This document shows positions 6,199-15,027 of a DNA stretch of 21,154 nt, piece by piece; the first letter of the stretch is position 1; the number at the start of each line of letters is the position of its first letter. The notes under the pieces are model-generated. The model had not been told where the DNA came from and ran no database searches. It saw only the letters and a program-made list of their open reading frames with translations. The position numbers and the translations under genes were made by a program. The DNA is from a virus: the IMG/VR virus record IMGVR_UViG_3300031463_000268. One strand, given 5' to 3'.

Positions 6199-6804
6199 CT
6201 GAAAAAGATCATATACTCGGATTTTTCTGTGATACTGGGTTTATCATAGGGCTTTGCATAGAGACAGATAAACATCATCAAGAGTGCGCCAAATTAACTG
6301 CTAAATATCCTATAGAAAAACATGATTATTTTACATGTTTAATTGTTTGTGATGAGGTAAATCATTGGATTCACCGCCTCACGGGAAAATTAATTGAAGA
6401 AGAAGGGGACAAAGGAACAAAAATAATAGAAAGGAAGCTTAAGAGGTATTTTAATAATTTTTTGTTAAAAATAGAAGTTTTCGATGTCGATGATGTAGAA
6501 ACTGAGGCTACAGAAACTTTAAAAGAAGTATATAATCAGATCATTTTGGATTTGCAGAACTTGATAGGTTATATGACACCTAATCAAATAAATGATATTA
6601 AGATTATAGCCACCGCTTTGATATGGGGGGGCCTATACTAATTGTTATGTGCATAAATGTTTTCTAACTGTTGATAAAGGCCATATATTTGATAAAAGGG
6701 ATAAAATTTACAGGATAGGCTGTAGATGCCTTAAGACAAAAAACCCTCCTCTTAGGATTAAATATGTTGGATGCTCATCAGGTGATGGTAATTTAGCGTC
6801 TTAA
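6195..6804 (+). pseudogene. PIN-domain (VapC-like) nuclease interrupted by a frameshift in a G7 tract
   Basis: FFCDTGFII, CDEV and NDIKIIATAL motifs lie in frame 0, which stops at 6641. The last PIN motif, FLTVDKGH, lies in the +1 frame, open to TAA 6802-6804. The G run is at 6625-6631. Confidence 0.8.
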
Positions 6805-6816
6805 GTTTTATAGTCT

Positions 6817-7209
6817 ATGCTTTTTTTATTTTTGTATATGGGAATAAGTGAATCCTTAAACCGAAGATATGATATGCATAATTCTTCTAATGGTGAATGG
6901 AGACATACTCAACACTACTTCTTCCTGGAGACAATATCTGCAGACCTCAACCTCAACAGGACTGATATACAAAGAATACTCTACATAACACGGAGGGTGG
7001 GGATCAAACAATTACATAAGCGCGCATCAATGGAACAGGTCTTATTGGCCCTTGCAGTATTCATCAAGGAGGAATCAACGGGCCATCCCCTAAGGATAGA
7101 CAGGTACACTATCCTCAAAGAATACAATGTTAACTATAAATTGTACACTACTGTCCTCAGGAATCTCCTCAGATATTATCGTAGCAGATCCCCTGTTGTG
7201 AGGGGATGA
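6817..7209 (+). CDS. TFB/TFIIB-like single cyclin-repeat protein (start uncertain: 6817, 6838 or 6874)
   Basis: LETISADLNLNRTDIQRILYITRRVGIKQLHKRASMEQVLLALAVF...HPLRID matches the helix pattern of TFB core repeat 1; preceded by GEWR. Confidence 0.6.
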   Translation: MLFLFLYMGISESLNRRYDMHNSSNGEWRHTQHYFFLETISADLNLNRTDIQRILYITRRVGIKQLHKRASMEQVLLALAVFIKEESTGHPLRIDRYTILKEYNVNYKLYTTVLRNLLRYYRSRSPVVRG

Positions 7210-7424
7210 ATTTGCAGGATTACAGGATATTCCAGGTCAAAGTATATGATAATTATAATTTGTTTTTGAGTGAGGAGGAGAAATGCCCTGAATGTGAAGG
7301 TATCCATTTTGAGCTGGATTCTGAGTATAATATTTGCTGCAGGTCATGTGGTTTGGTCCTGTCAAGTGTTTGTTGTTATGTTGGTGGAGTGAAATTGGAC
7401 TTACCCTGGGGCCTCCTACTTTAA
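7206..7424 (+). CDS. TFIIB-type zinc-ribbon protein
   Basis: CPECEGIHFELDSEYNICCRSCGLVLS; ATGA-coupled to the upstream gene. Confidence 0.75.
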   Translation: MNLQDYRIFQVKVYDNYNLFLSEEEKCPECEGIHFELDSEYNICCRSCGLVLSSVCCYVGGVKLDLPWGLLL

Positions 7425-7514
7425 CCACCAGTTTTGCAGTATTCTCTAATAACTCTGTTGATGTTCCGACTACGTTACATACATATTATGAGGAGAGAAC
7501 TGAGGTGACAAAAA

Positions 7515-7652
7515 TTGGATCGTGAAGCACTAGGACTCACAGGCCTGATAATATTGGGGATGATATCCTTATACTTCAAACAATACGAATTAGGCTCTGC
7601 ATGTATCGGGGCCATCGCAGGATACATAGCCCGCCCAGGAGAAACAACATGA
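7515..7652 (+). CDS. 45-aa two-TM protein, holin-like
   Basis: TTG start behind GAGGTGA; MDREALGLTGLIILGMISLYFKQYELGSACIGAIAGYIARPGETT; ATGA overlap with the next gene. Confidence 0.65.
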   Translation: MDREALGLTGLIILGMISLYFKQYELGSACIGAIAGYIARPGETT

Positions 7653-7873
7653 CAAAAGAGGGACATGGATGCATACAAAAAGAGAGGATAACAAGCCTCG
7701 AGGAAAGACTGAAAAACATTGAATACGACATCATCGACATCAAGGAGACCAATAAAATGCTAATAGACCTCCAAGCAGAAATAGCAACACTCAAAGCCTA
7801 CCATAAAATCACCATGATACTCCTAACAGCCCTGATCATCCCCATAATCATCACACTCATACGCACAATATAA
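7649..7873 (+). CDS. Coiled-coil protein with C-terminal TM helix (XhlA-like lysis accessory)
   Basis: RITSLEERLKNIEYDIIDIK...AEIATLK then ITMILLTALIIPIIITLI; start ATG 7649 behind AGGAG. Confidence 0.6.
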   Translation: MTKEGHGCIQKERITSLEERLKNIEYDIIDIKETNKMLIDLQAEIATLKAYHKITMILLTALIIPIIITLIRTI

Positions 7874-7913
7874 CCCCAACCACAAAATCACACAAACAAA
7901 CACAAGATCACAC

Positions 7914-8435
7914 ATGAAAGAAACACCAACCCAAAGAAAAGCATTCGAATACTACTACTCCCTTGGCGACAAAAGAAACCTGAAAAAAGTCGCTGAAAAA
8001 TTTGGATACTCATATGACACAATTAGAGGATGGTCATCCAAACTCAGGTGGCGGGAGAGGATATACCAGTACGAGAAGAAACAACTCCAGGAGATAAGAA
8101 GAGCGCGTGAAGAATTATCAGAGGAGTCAAAGGAGTACTATGCTGACCTCTGGAGCAAATACCTTAAGGCTTGCAGCCTCACACTGGAGGGTTACATTGA
8201 ATCCATCGAGAATGGAGGGGAAGGCCTCACCTTACAGACATCTAAGGACCTCCATAACCTTGGATTAGCAATAGCATTAGGCCTGGGGGATCCTACTGAG
8301 ATACATGAACACCGTGAAAGTGGTGGTGAACTGGAGGATTTGCTGGAGGATCTTGTGTCGGCCACGAAGAACCTGAAGGATGAGGGTATGGATGAAGGCC
8401 TGGATGATGAAGAGGCTGAAGGTGAAGGTGGCTGA
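7914..8435 (+). CDS. terS: Terminase small subunit (N-terminal HTH)
   Basis: RNLKKVAEKFGYSYDTIRGWSSKLRW HTH; directly upstream of and overlapping TerL. Confidence 0.8.
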   Translation: MKETPTQRKAFEYYYSLGDKRNLKKVAEKFGYSYDTIRGWSSKLRWRERIYQYEKKQLQEIRRAREELSEESKEYYADLWSKYLKACSLTLEGYIESIENGGEGLTLQTSKDLHNLGLAIALGLGDPTEIHEHRESGGELEDLLEDLVSATKNLKDEGMDEGLDDEEAEGEGG

Positions 8436-9783
8436 CTGGAAAAAGAAACTGAAAGAATCAGAGAATATTCGAAGCATCCTCCAGGGCCTCTCTGACAGGG
8501 AATTGAAGCTGTTCTATTCAACGATAATATTGAACCCATATATCCCTGTGAACCCCTTCCACAAGCAGATTAAGTTTCTATTGTCAGATGAACGTGAAGT
8601 CCTGTATGGTGGTGCTGCAGGTGGCGGTAAATCAGTGGCTTTACTTATGGGGGCTCTGCAATATGTGCATTACTCTGATTACGCCGCCCTAATCCTGCGC
8701 CGAACCTATCCTGAGCTCAGCCAGGAAGGAGGCCTTATAGACATGGCAAATGACTGGCTTGGGGGGACGGATGCAGAGTGGAATGAACAGAAAAAACGGT
8801 GGACATTCCCCTCCGGCGCTGCATTGCAGTTTGGGCATATGGAACATGAAAAGGACCGCTACAGATACCAGGGGTCGTCATATCATTATATCGCATTCGA
8901 TGAACTCACAGAGTTCCTGGAGTCTCAGTACAGGTTCATGTTCAGGTCATTAAGAAAAGAAGCGGATGACCCTATACCCCTACGCTTCAGAGCCACAAGC
9001 AATCCTGGGGGGGTGGGACATGACTGGGTTAAAACCCGGTTCATAAGCGGTGAGAAAACATTCATCCCCTCCACTTGGAGAGAGAACCCCTACTTGAACC
9101 GTGATGAGTATGAGGAGGCCCTTGATATGCTGGACCATGTCACACGTCGGCAACTAAAAGAGGGTGACTGGGATGTTAGCATCCAGGGCGGGGTTTTCAG
9201 GCGGGAATGGTTTGAGATCATAGACACACCACCCCATGACTTGGTGATGAAACTCAGGTACTGGGACCTTGCAGCAACCCCCCATGATGGTTCGAATGAT
9301 CCTGATTACACGGTGGGCCTATTGATGGGTGTTGATCAGGATGACTACTACTATGTCCTTGATATTCAACGATTCAGAGGATCCCCTGGTGAGGTGAAGG
9401 CCAGGGTCTTGAGGACCGCTGAGGAGGATGGCCGGGAAGTCATCATAGCCAAGGAGGAGGAACCAGGGTCCTCTGGGAAGATTGTCACCGATTACCTGCG
9501 GAGTCTACTGCAGGGTTACACGCTCCGGGCGGACAGGGTAACTGGTGATAAGACGACACGGGCCCTGCCAGTATCCAGTTATGCTGAATCCTTTCGCATT
9601 AAGGTTTTAAGGGCCTCATGGACACAGGCATTCCTTGATGAACTTGAAGCATTCCCTTCTGAGGGCGTGCATGACGACCAGGTCGATGCCTTCAGCGGAG
9701 CATTCAATACATTGGCCATGGAGATGAGGAAGAAGAGGAAGATCTATATCTCCGGACCTCTCAGGAGGATGAGTCATGTTTAA
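8428..9783 (+). CDS. terL: Terminase large subunit
   Basis: Walker A GGAAGGGKS, Walker B YIAFDE, RATSNPG coupling motif, nuclease motifs WDLA and HDDQVDA; GTG 8428 behind AAGGTGA. Confidence 0.97.
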   Translation: MADWKKKLKESENIRSILQGLSDRELKLFYSTIILNPYIPVNPFHKQIKFLLSDEREVLYGGAAGGGKSVALLMGALQYVHYSDYAALILRRTYPELSQEGGLIDMANDWLGGTDAEWNEQKKRWTFPSGAALQFGHMEHEKDRYRYQGSSYHYIAFDELTEFLESQYRFMFRSLRKEADDPIPLRFRATSNPGGVGHDWVKTRFISGEKTFIPSTWRENPYLNRDEYEEALDMLDHVTRRQLKEGDWDVSIQGGVFRREWFEIIDTPPHDLVMKLRYWDLAATPHDGSNDPDYTVGLLMGVDQDDYYYVLDIQRFRGSPGEVKARVLRTAEEDGREVIIAKEEEPGSSGKIVTDYLRSLLQGYTLRADRVTGDKTTRALPVSSYAESFRIKVLRASWTQAFLDELEAFPSEGVHDDQVDAFSGAFNTLAMEMRKKRKIYISGPLRRMSHV

Positions 9784-11398
9784 TTATCACTTATCAATCA
9801 AATCATTAGAGAAATACCGGGCAATCAAGGGGGATACGGATTCACAGGCCCTTAAGGAGGATGGATTTGAGGAGTACGTTGAACCCAAGGTCCACCCACT
9901 AGTCCTACTCTCACTATTACAGGTGAATCCTTATCATGCCAGCGCCTGCAGTATTAAGGCTAATGATATCCTCCGTACAGGCTACCTGATAGATGGTGAT
10001 GATGGTGGGGTTGAGGAGTTATTGAGGGCATGTAGGCCCTCATTTGAGTTCATCCTCCTTCAGGCCCTTGAGGATTTGCAGGTCTTCAATTATTGTACAT
10101 TGGAGGTTGTCAGGGATGATCAGGGTGAGCCTGTCCGGTTGGATTATATCCCCGCCCATACGGTCCGGGTGCACAGGGATGGTTCAAGGTACATGCAAAC
10201 ATGGGATGGGATCCATGTAACCTACTTTAAGGATTACCGGTATGAGGGGGAGGTTAACCCGGATAATGGTGAGGATCAGGATGGTGTGGGGGCTAATGAG
10301 ATTATCTTTATCCATCTGCCTTCACCAATCTGCAGCTACTATGGAGTCCCCAGGTACCTCTCAGCAGCCCCCTCTATACTGGCCATGCAAAAGATTGATG
10401 AGTATAATTACGCCTTTTTTGATAATTACACGATCCCCAGCTATGTTATCACTGTGACTGGGGAGTTTGAGGATGAAATGGAATTAGGATCGGATGGTGA
10501 ACCCACAGGCCGAACAGTGCTTCAGGGCCTCATTGAGGACAACTTTAAGTACTTGAAGGAGGCCCCCCATACCCCCCTTGTCTTCTCAATCCCCGGGGGA
10601 GACACGGTTGAAGTTACGTTCACCCCCCTCAACACTTCACAGAAGGAACTGAGTTTCAGGGAATATGCGGCTGAGAAAAAATATGATATCGCCGCTGCGC
10701 ATATGATTGACCCTTACCGGTTGGGGATAGCTGACACAGGCCCATTGGGTGGTAACTTCGCTGAGGTAACCCGACGCACATACTATGAGTCTGTTGTGAG
10801 ACCACAGCAGAACATCATATCCTCCATACTTACAGATTTCTTCCAGGTGAGATTCAACCCCAAAACAAGATTTAAATTTAATGATGAAACCCTCCTAGAG
10901 TCAGACTCAGTGAGGAATTACGCACTCCTTGTACAGTCAGGAGTCCTCACACCCGCCGAGGCGCGTGAAAGACTGTTTGGTTTGGATGGTGGCCCTGACA
11001 TATTCATGGTACCATCAAAGGGTGCTGCCAAGTCTGTGAAGAGACAGGAAAGAAACTATGAGAAAAACCAGATCAGGGAAATCAGGAAGATCTATGCCAA
11101 ATACCGTCCACGCTTCAATGAAATCATATCATCAAAACTCAGTGCCGAAGAAAAAAAGAAAAAAATCGATGAAAGCCTGGCAGAGTTCAGGGCCGAGGCA
11201 TATGAGGCTGGAAAGAAAATGCTCATCATAGGAGGGGATATGGGTTCTATGTCAGCCCTCAACCAAGGAGTATCTGTAATCCCCTCCAAACCATTGAATC
11301 TTGAGAGGTATGAGGAACTCCTAGAAGCATCTGTTGAGGATATGATTGGGAGGATACGACACTACCTCTACAAGGTTATAGGATGGAGGGAACTGTAA
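9776..11398 (+). CDS. Portal protein (psiM2/psiM100-like) with helical C-terminal extension
   Basis: Position after TerL; LDYIPAHTVRV, YYGVP, IAAAHMIDPYRLG and LTPAEARE portal-type motifs. Confidence 0.93.
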   Translation: MFNYHLSIKSLEKYRAIKGDTDSQALKEDGFEEYVEPKVHPLVLLSLLQVNPYHASACSIKANDILRTGYLIDGDDGGVEELLRACRPSFEFILLQALEDLQVFNYCTLEVVRDDQGEPVRLDYIPAHTVRVHRDGSRYMQTWDGIHVTYFKDYRYEGEVNPDNGEDQDGVGANEIIFIHLPSPICSYYGVPRYLSAAPSILAMQKIDEYNYAFFDNYTIPSYVITVTGEFEDEMELGSDGEPTGRTVLQGLIEDNFKYLKEAPHTPLVFSIPGGDTVEVTFTPLNTSQKELSFREYAAEKKYDIAAAHMIDPYRLGIADTGPLGGNFAEVTRRTYYESVVRPQQNIISSILTDFFQVRFNPKTRFKFNDETLLESDSVRNYALLVQSGVLTPAEARERLFGLDGGPDIFMVPSKGAAKSVKRQERNYEKNQIREIRKIYAKYRPRFNEIISSKLSAEEKKKKIDESLAEFRAEAYEAGKKMLIIGGDMGSMSALNQGVSVIPSKPLNLERYEELLEASVEDMIGRIRHYLYKVIGWREL

Positions 11399-11413
11399 GA
11401 TCTTCCATTGTGT

Positions 11414-11519
11414 CGGCCAACCAACCCCGTATAAGACTTGTTTTTTCTTCAGCCATGAGATCCCCCTGTCTGATGCAAAATCTACCTCCTAAAAATATGG
11501 TTTTATGGGTGGTTGGCCG
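11414..11519 (+). other. Long intergenic stem-loop between the portal and MuF genes
   Basis: CGGCCAACCA 11414-11423 / TGGTTGGCCG 11510-11519, extendable by about 9 pairs including G-U. Confidence 0.55.
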
Positions 11520-11547
11520 GCTCCCTAATAACATTTTGTGGTGAGAC

Positions 11548-12201
11548 TTGATGGTGCGTCCTGGAGGAGTTGAGTACGATCATGAAAGGATTGACTACAT
11601 GTTTGATGAATTCCTCGCGGATATACAGGATGTCCTGACTCGTTTAAAGGTTACTGATGTTGAGTCCTTCTTATCAGATTTCCACTTACTCACTAAGGCA
11701 GAATTCATGAGGCGTTATGGTGTCAGTGAACGTGAATACAATGAACTCCAAGCCGCGCTTCAAGAAGTAGAGGATTTAAACCTGCCAACCTTCGAGGATG
11801 AGGATTTAGCGCAGATCATCTGGTTCATGGGCCTTGCAGTGGTTTATCTTGCGAGGGATATTGAACGTGACACAGAAATCCAGGCATATTGTCAGCACTC
11901 CGAAGCACATGGCGGGGAATTATATCTGAACTGGGTGACAATGGGTGATGATCATGTCTGTGAGACATGCCAAGACTATGAGGACGGATCCCCCTATAGG
12001 GTGGAGGAATTCCCCCATATCCCCCACCCCTTCTGCAGATGCCACCCTGAACCCTGCGATGAGAATGGAAGACCAATCGATGACCTTTCAGAGTACAGTG
12101 GAACTGAACTTGAATATTATGATGAGATCATGGAGGACTTTGGGGATGTTGGGATCGACTTTGAAGCCGTACCGCCGCCACCACCATACTACTACATTTA
12201 A
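11548..12201 (+). CDS. MuF/SPP1 gp7-like head morphogenesis protein
   Basis: WVTMGDDHVCETC...PHPFCRC motif; TTG start behind GTGGTGA. Confidence 0.85.
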   Translation: MMVRPGGVEYDHERIDYMFDEFLADIQDVLTRLKVTDVESFLSDFHLLTKAEFMRRYGVSEREYNELQAALQEVEDLNLPTFEDEDLAQIIWFMGLAVVYLARDIERDTEIQAYCQHSEAHGGELYLNWVTMGDDHVCETCQDYEDGSPYRVEEFPHIPHPFCRCHPEPCDENGRPIDDLSEYSGTELEYYDEIMEDFGDVGIDFEAVPPPPPYYYI

Positions 12202-12218
12202 TGGGAGTGTGATAGGTT

Positions 12219-13406
12219 GTGACTTGGAAATTGCATAGGAAAGGATATGAAAATGCAAAGAGCCTCATAGAGGCTGGGAAAATTAATGATGGTGAATGGG
12301 AGAAGCCCGACCTCAAGGACTTCAATGATGTCGAAGAGTACGCATTATTCCATCTTGCAGTAAACCCCGATGCTGACCCCAGCACTGCAGGGGCATATGC
12401 TTATCCTTATGGCCGTGAAGGGGAGGTGTACCTCCAAGCACTCAGAGCTATACGATCCTCTGCTGCAGGGGCCCGGGGAGCAACACGTAACGATGAGATA
12501 TTCAATGCTGCAGGGGGTTTGCTTGAAATGATCGATGAAAAAACTGAGAAATGCCAGGGGCAGTGCATACAACAGAACATGATAATTAAGGTGGATAAGC
12601 ACCAGCGGATAGTCACAGGCCCGGTCCTGGTCCCAGATGAATATGACCTGGACGGGGATATCCTCACCAAAGATCAGATCGAAGAAGTAGCCTACAATTT
12701 CATGGAGAACTATCAGAATATTGACATCCTCCACCGCTTCAAGAATGTGGCGAAACCAGTGGAATCCTTCATCCTGAGAGAGGATACAGTGATAGGGGAT
12801 GTGGAACTCCCTGAGGGCACATGGATACTCTCAGCAAAAGTATACGATGATGACACATGGAAAGGGATCGTCCAGGGCAAATATCAGGGTTTCAGCATCA
12901 CAGCCATCCCAGCGGCGATGAAAAAAACGACCCTGGAGGATATTGGCTGGCCATTCGAAGTAGTGACCGTTTCGATCGTGGACAGGCCAGCAGTCCCAAA
13001 AGCAAAATACCTATCCCTTAAAGGGGGAGGTGATAAGATGGATGAGAAATCCGTGCTTAAAAGCATATTCGATAGTCTGAAACAGTATTTTGAGAATGAC
13101 AAAACAGTTGAAGAAGTAGTGGGTGCCGGGGAAGTCCAGGCTTTGAAGGCTGAGATAGATTCGCTCAGAAACTCGATAAAGGAAGTGATGGATGAGTTGA
13201 AATCCATAAAAAGTACCCAGACAGAGCCCAGTGGTGAACCTGAAACATCAGATGAGGCCATTGAGGAGCCTGAAACATCAGAAGAAACTATTGATGAACC
13301 AAAAGGGGAGGATGCGCAGGCAATTAAGGGCCAAGTAGGAGCCGTTAAGGGAGCCCACACACTATATGAGGAGATGGGTGTGGACAGGTTTGGCAGACCA
13401 CTATAG
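12219..13406 (+). CDS. Prohead protease (XkdF-like) with an extra N-terminal domain and a C-terminal scaffold
   Basis: IVTGPVLVP, ILHRF..PVESF, W..IVQGKYQGFSI motifs; acidic coiled-coil tail; located just before the capsid gene. Confidence 0.85.
   Translation: MTWKLHRKGYENAKSLIEAGKINDGEWEKPDLKDFNDVEEYALFHLAVNPDADPSTAGAYAYPYGREGEVYLQALRAIRSSAAGARGATRNDEIFNAAGGLLEMIDEKTEKCQGQCIQQNMIIKVDKHQRIVTGPVLVPDEYDLDGDILTKDQIEEVAYNFMENYQNIDILHRFKNVAKPVESFILREDTVIGDVELPEGTWILSAKVYDDDTWKGIVQGKYQGFSITAIPAAMKKTTLEDIGWPFEVVTVSIVDRPAVPKAKYLSLKGGGDKMDEKSVLKSIFDSLKQYFENDKTVEEVVGAGEVQALKAEIDSLRNSIKEVMDELKSIKSTQTEPSGEPETSDEAIEEPETSEETIDEPKGEDAQAIKGQVGAVKGAHTLYEEMGVDRFGRPL
13038..13406 (+). CDS. Putative nested in-frame scaffold protein (122 aa)
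   Basis: Perfect GGAGGTGA at 13026-13033, 4 nt before an in-frame ATG at the protease/scaffold boundary. Confidence 0.6.
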   Translation: MDEKSVLKSIFDSLKQYFENDKTVEEVVGAGEVQALKAEIDSLRNSIKEVMDELKSIKSTQTEPSGEPETSDEAIEEPETSEETIDEPKGEDAQAIKGQVGAVKGAHTLYEEMGVDRFGRPL

Positions 13407-13424
13407 AAGATTTGAGGTGATACA

Positions 13425-14366
13425 ATGGATATGATGGACATGTACACAAGGCCATTCGCAATAGTCCCCAAGATAGATGTCCCTGACCTTGGCCGGGGAG
13501 TCCTACCAGTCCAGAGGTTCGGACAGTTCGTCAGGGAAGTCAGGGAATCATCATCCCTGATAGGGGAGGCGAGGATACTGAATGCTCTACAGTCATATGA
13601 GGTGGACATTTCACGTATCGGATTGAATGTCCAGTTGGAAGCTGGTAGGGACAATACAGGTGCAAAGGTCGCCCCAACAGAGGACTCAGTGGATGTCACC
13701 ACTAACACCCTGAGCATGAAGGAGCTCATCACCAAGATCAGCATAGAGGATGAGACCCTCGAGGATAACATTGAGAGGGCCCAGTTCGAGCAGACCCTCG
13801 TCACCCTACTGGGTCAGGGTGTGAGTTATGACTTGGAGTGCTTCTTCCTACACGCTGATACCAGTTACACGGGTGACAGGGCGCTCTACAAGATAAATGA
13901 TGGTTGGATGAAACTGGCTGGTAATCAGGCAACAACGGCAAGCCCAACGGATGATGACTGGCCACTCAGCCTATTTGATGAGATGCTCGGGAAGGTCCCT
14001 AACAGGTACAAGCAGATGATCCCTCAGATGAGATTCTATGTCTCATGGGATATCCTTGAAGCGTACAGGGAGTACTTGAAGGGCAGAGAATCAGCGGTGG
14101 GTGATCAGGCAATAATCGGTGGTCCTAACCTGACATATCAGGGCCTACCCGTCCAGTACGTCCCGGCCCTTGATGCTCTCCAGGATGGGAAGGTGAGGGC
14201 CCTTCTCACAGTACCCGCCAACCTGGTCTACGGGTTCTGGCGTAACATAAAGGTGGAGCCGCAGAGGGATGCCCCTATGAGACGTACAGAGTACATTGTG
14301 AGTCTCAGGGCTGATTGCCATTATGAGGACGAGAAAGGAGCAGTATCAGCGACCATAACAGTTTAG
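13425..14366 (+). CDS. Major capsid protein (HK97 fold)
   Basis: Position after the protease/scaffold; GAGGTGA SD; 313 aa with DLGRGVLP and NLVYGFWRNIKVE...IVSLRADC, recalled as similar to psiM-type capsids. Confidence 0.9.
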   Translation: MDMMDMYTRPFAIVPKIDVPDLGRGVLPVQRFGQFVREVRESSSLIGEARILNALQSYEVDISRIGLNVQLEAGRDNTGAKVAPTEDSVDVTTNTLSMKELITKISIEDETLEDNIERAQFEQTLVTLLGQGVSYDLECFFLHADTSYTGDRALYKINDGWMKLAGNQATTASPTDDDWPLSLFDEMLGKVPNRYKQMIPQMRFYVSWDILEAYREYLKGRESAVGDQAIIGGPNLTYQGLPVQYVPALDALQDGKVRALLTVPANLVYGFWRNIKVEPQRDAPMRRTEYIVSLRADCHYEDEKGAVSATITV

Positions 14367-14379
14367 AATGGGGGATCAT

Positions 14380-14670
14380 ATGGATACAAATGAACGATTG
14401 GACAGTATGGTGCAGGAACTCTTCACCAAATATTCAGGTGTAAACATCAACAACTTCGATGAACTCTTTAACCAGCCCCCTGGTTTTCTCAAGGATTTCA
14501 GTGATTACGCATATGAACTCCTGAAATTCAATGATTATATTAAAATGTCGGGGAACAGACAGCGAGATATTAGAAGACTTTATAGATTAACGGCACTCTT
14601 ACTTTTGGGTTTGGTGTACACGAGTCAGAGACTCAGCACCCTTGAAAATCCACCGGAGCCTCCAGAATAA
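14380..14670 (+). CDS. Hypothetical head-region protein
   Basis: ORF between the capsid and adaptor genes; ATG 14380 behind GGGGA. Confidence 0.7.
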   Translation: MDTNERLDSMVQELFTKYSGVNINNFDELFNQPPGFLKDFSDYAYELLKFNDYIKMSGNRQRDIRRLYRLTALLLLGLVYTSQRLSTLENPPEPPE

Positions 14671-14685
14671 TATGGGGTCTCAGCT

Positions 14686-15009
14686 ATGACAATCACACCT
14701 GAAGATATACGTATAGAGTTACGAAGGGATGAGTTAACTGATTCAGAGGAGGCATTCATCACTAGAAAAATCGAAGAGTACAGTCTACGCGCTGGGAGGA
14801 TCAACCCCACGGCACCGGATCATATAAAGGATGAGTATGTCCTTGCAGGAGTTCTGCAGGCCTTTCTCACAGATTACATGGATGATGTTTCATCATTTAC
14901 TGATGGAAGATTCAGCATAACAAGAAAATCAATCATCGAAAATCCCATCAGTGACAGGTTCAAAAAAGCCCTGCTCAAGTTACAGGGCATCAGGATATGG
15001 AAACCATAA
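14686..15009 (+). CDS. Head-tail adaptor (gp15/gp6-like)
   Basis: Size, position, helical N-terminus TPEDIRIEL and SSFTDGRFSITR beta hairpin. Confidence 0.65.
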   Translation: MTITPEDIRIELRRDELTDSEEAFITRKIEEYSLRAGRINPTAPDHIKDEYVLAGVLQAFLTDYMDDVSSFTDGRFSITRKSIIENPISDRFKKALLKLQGIRIWKP

Positions 15010-15027
15010 CGATAAGGGGGTGGATGT

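Noticed and set aside
8428-9783. Intein or intron in the terminase large subunit
   Set aside because: Length and motif spacing are normal, and no intein splice motifs or homing endonuclease signature are present.
12884-13804. 306-aa minus-strand ORF
   Set aside because: Ser-rich shadow of the protease and capsid genes caused by codon bias.
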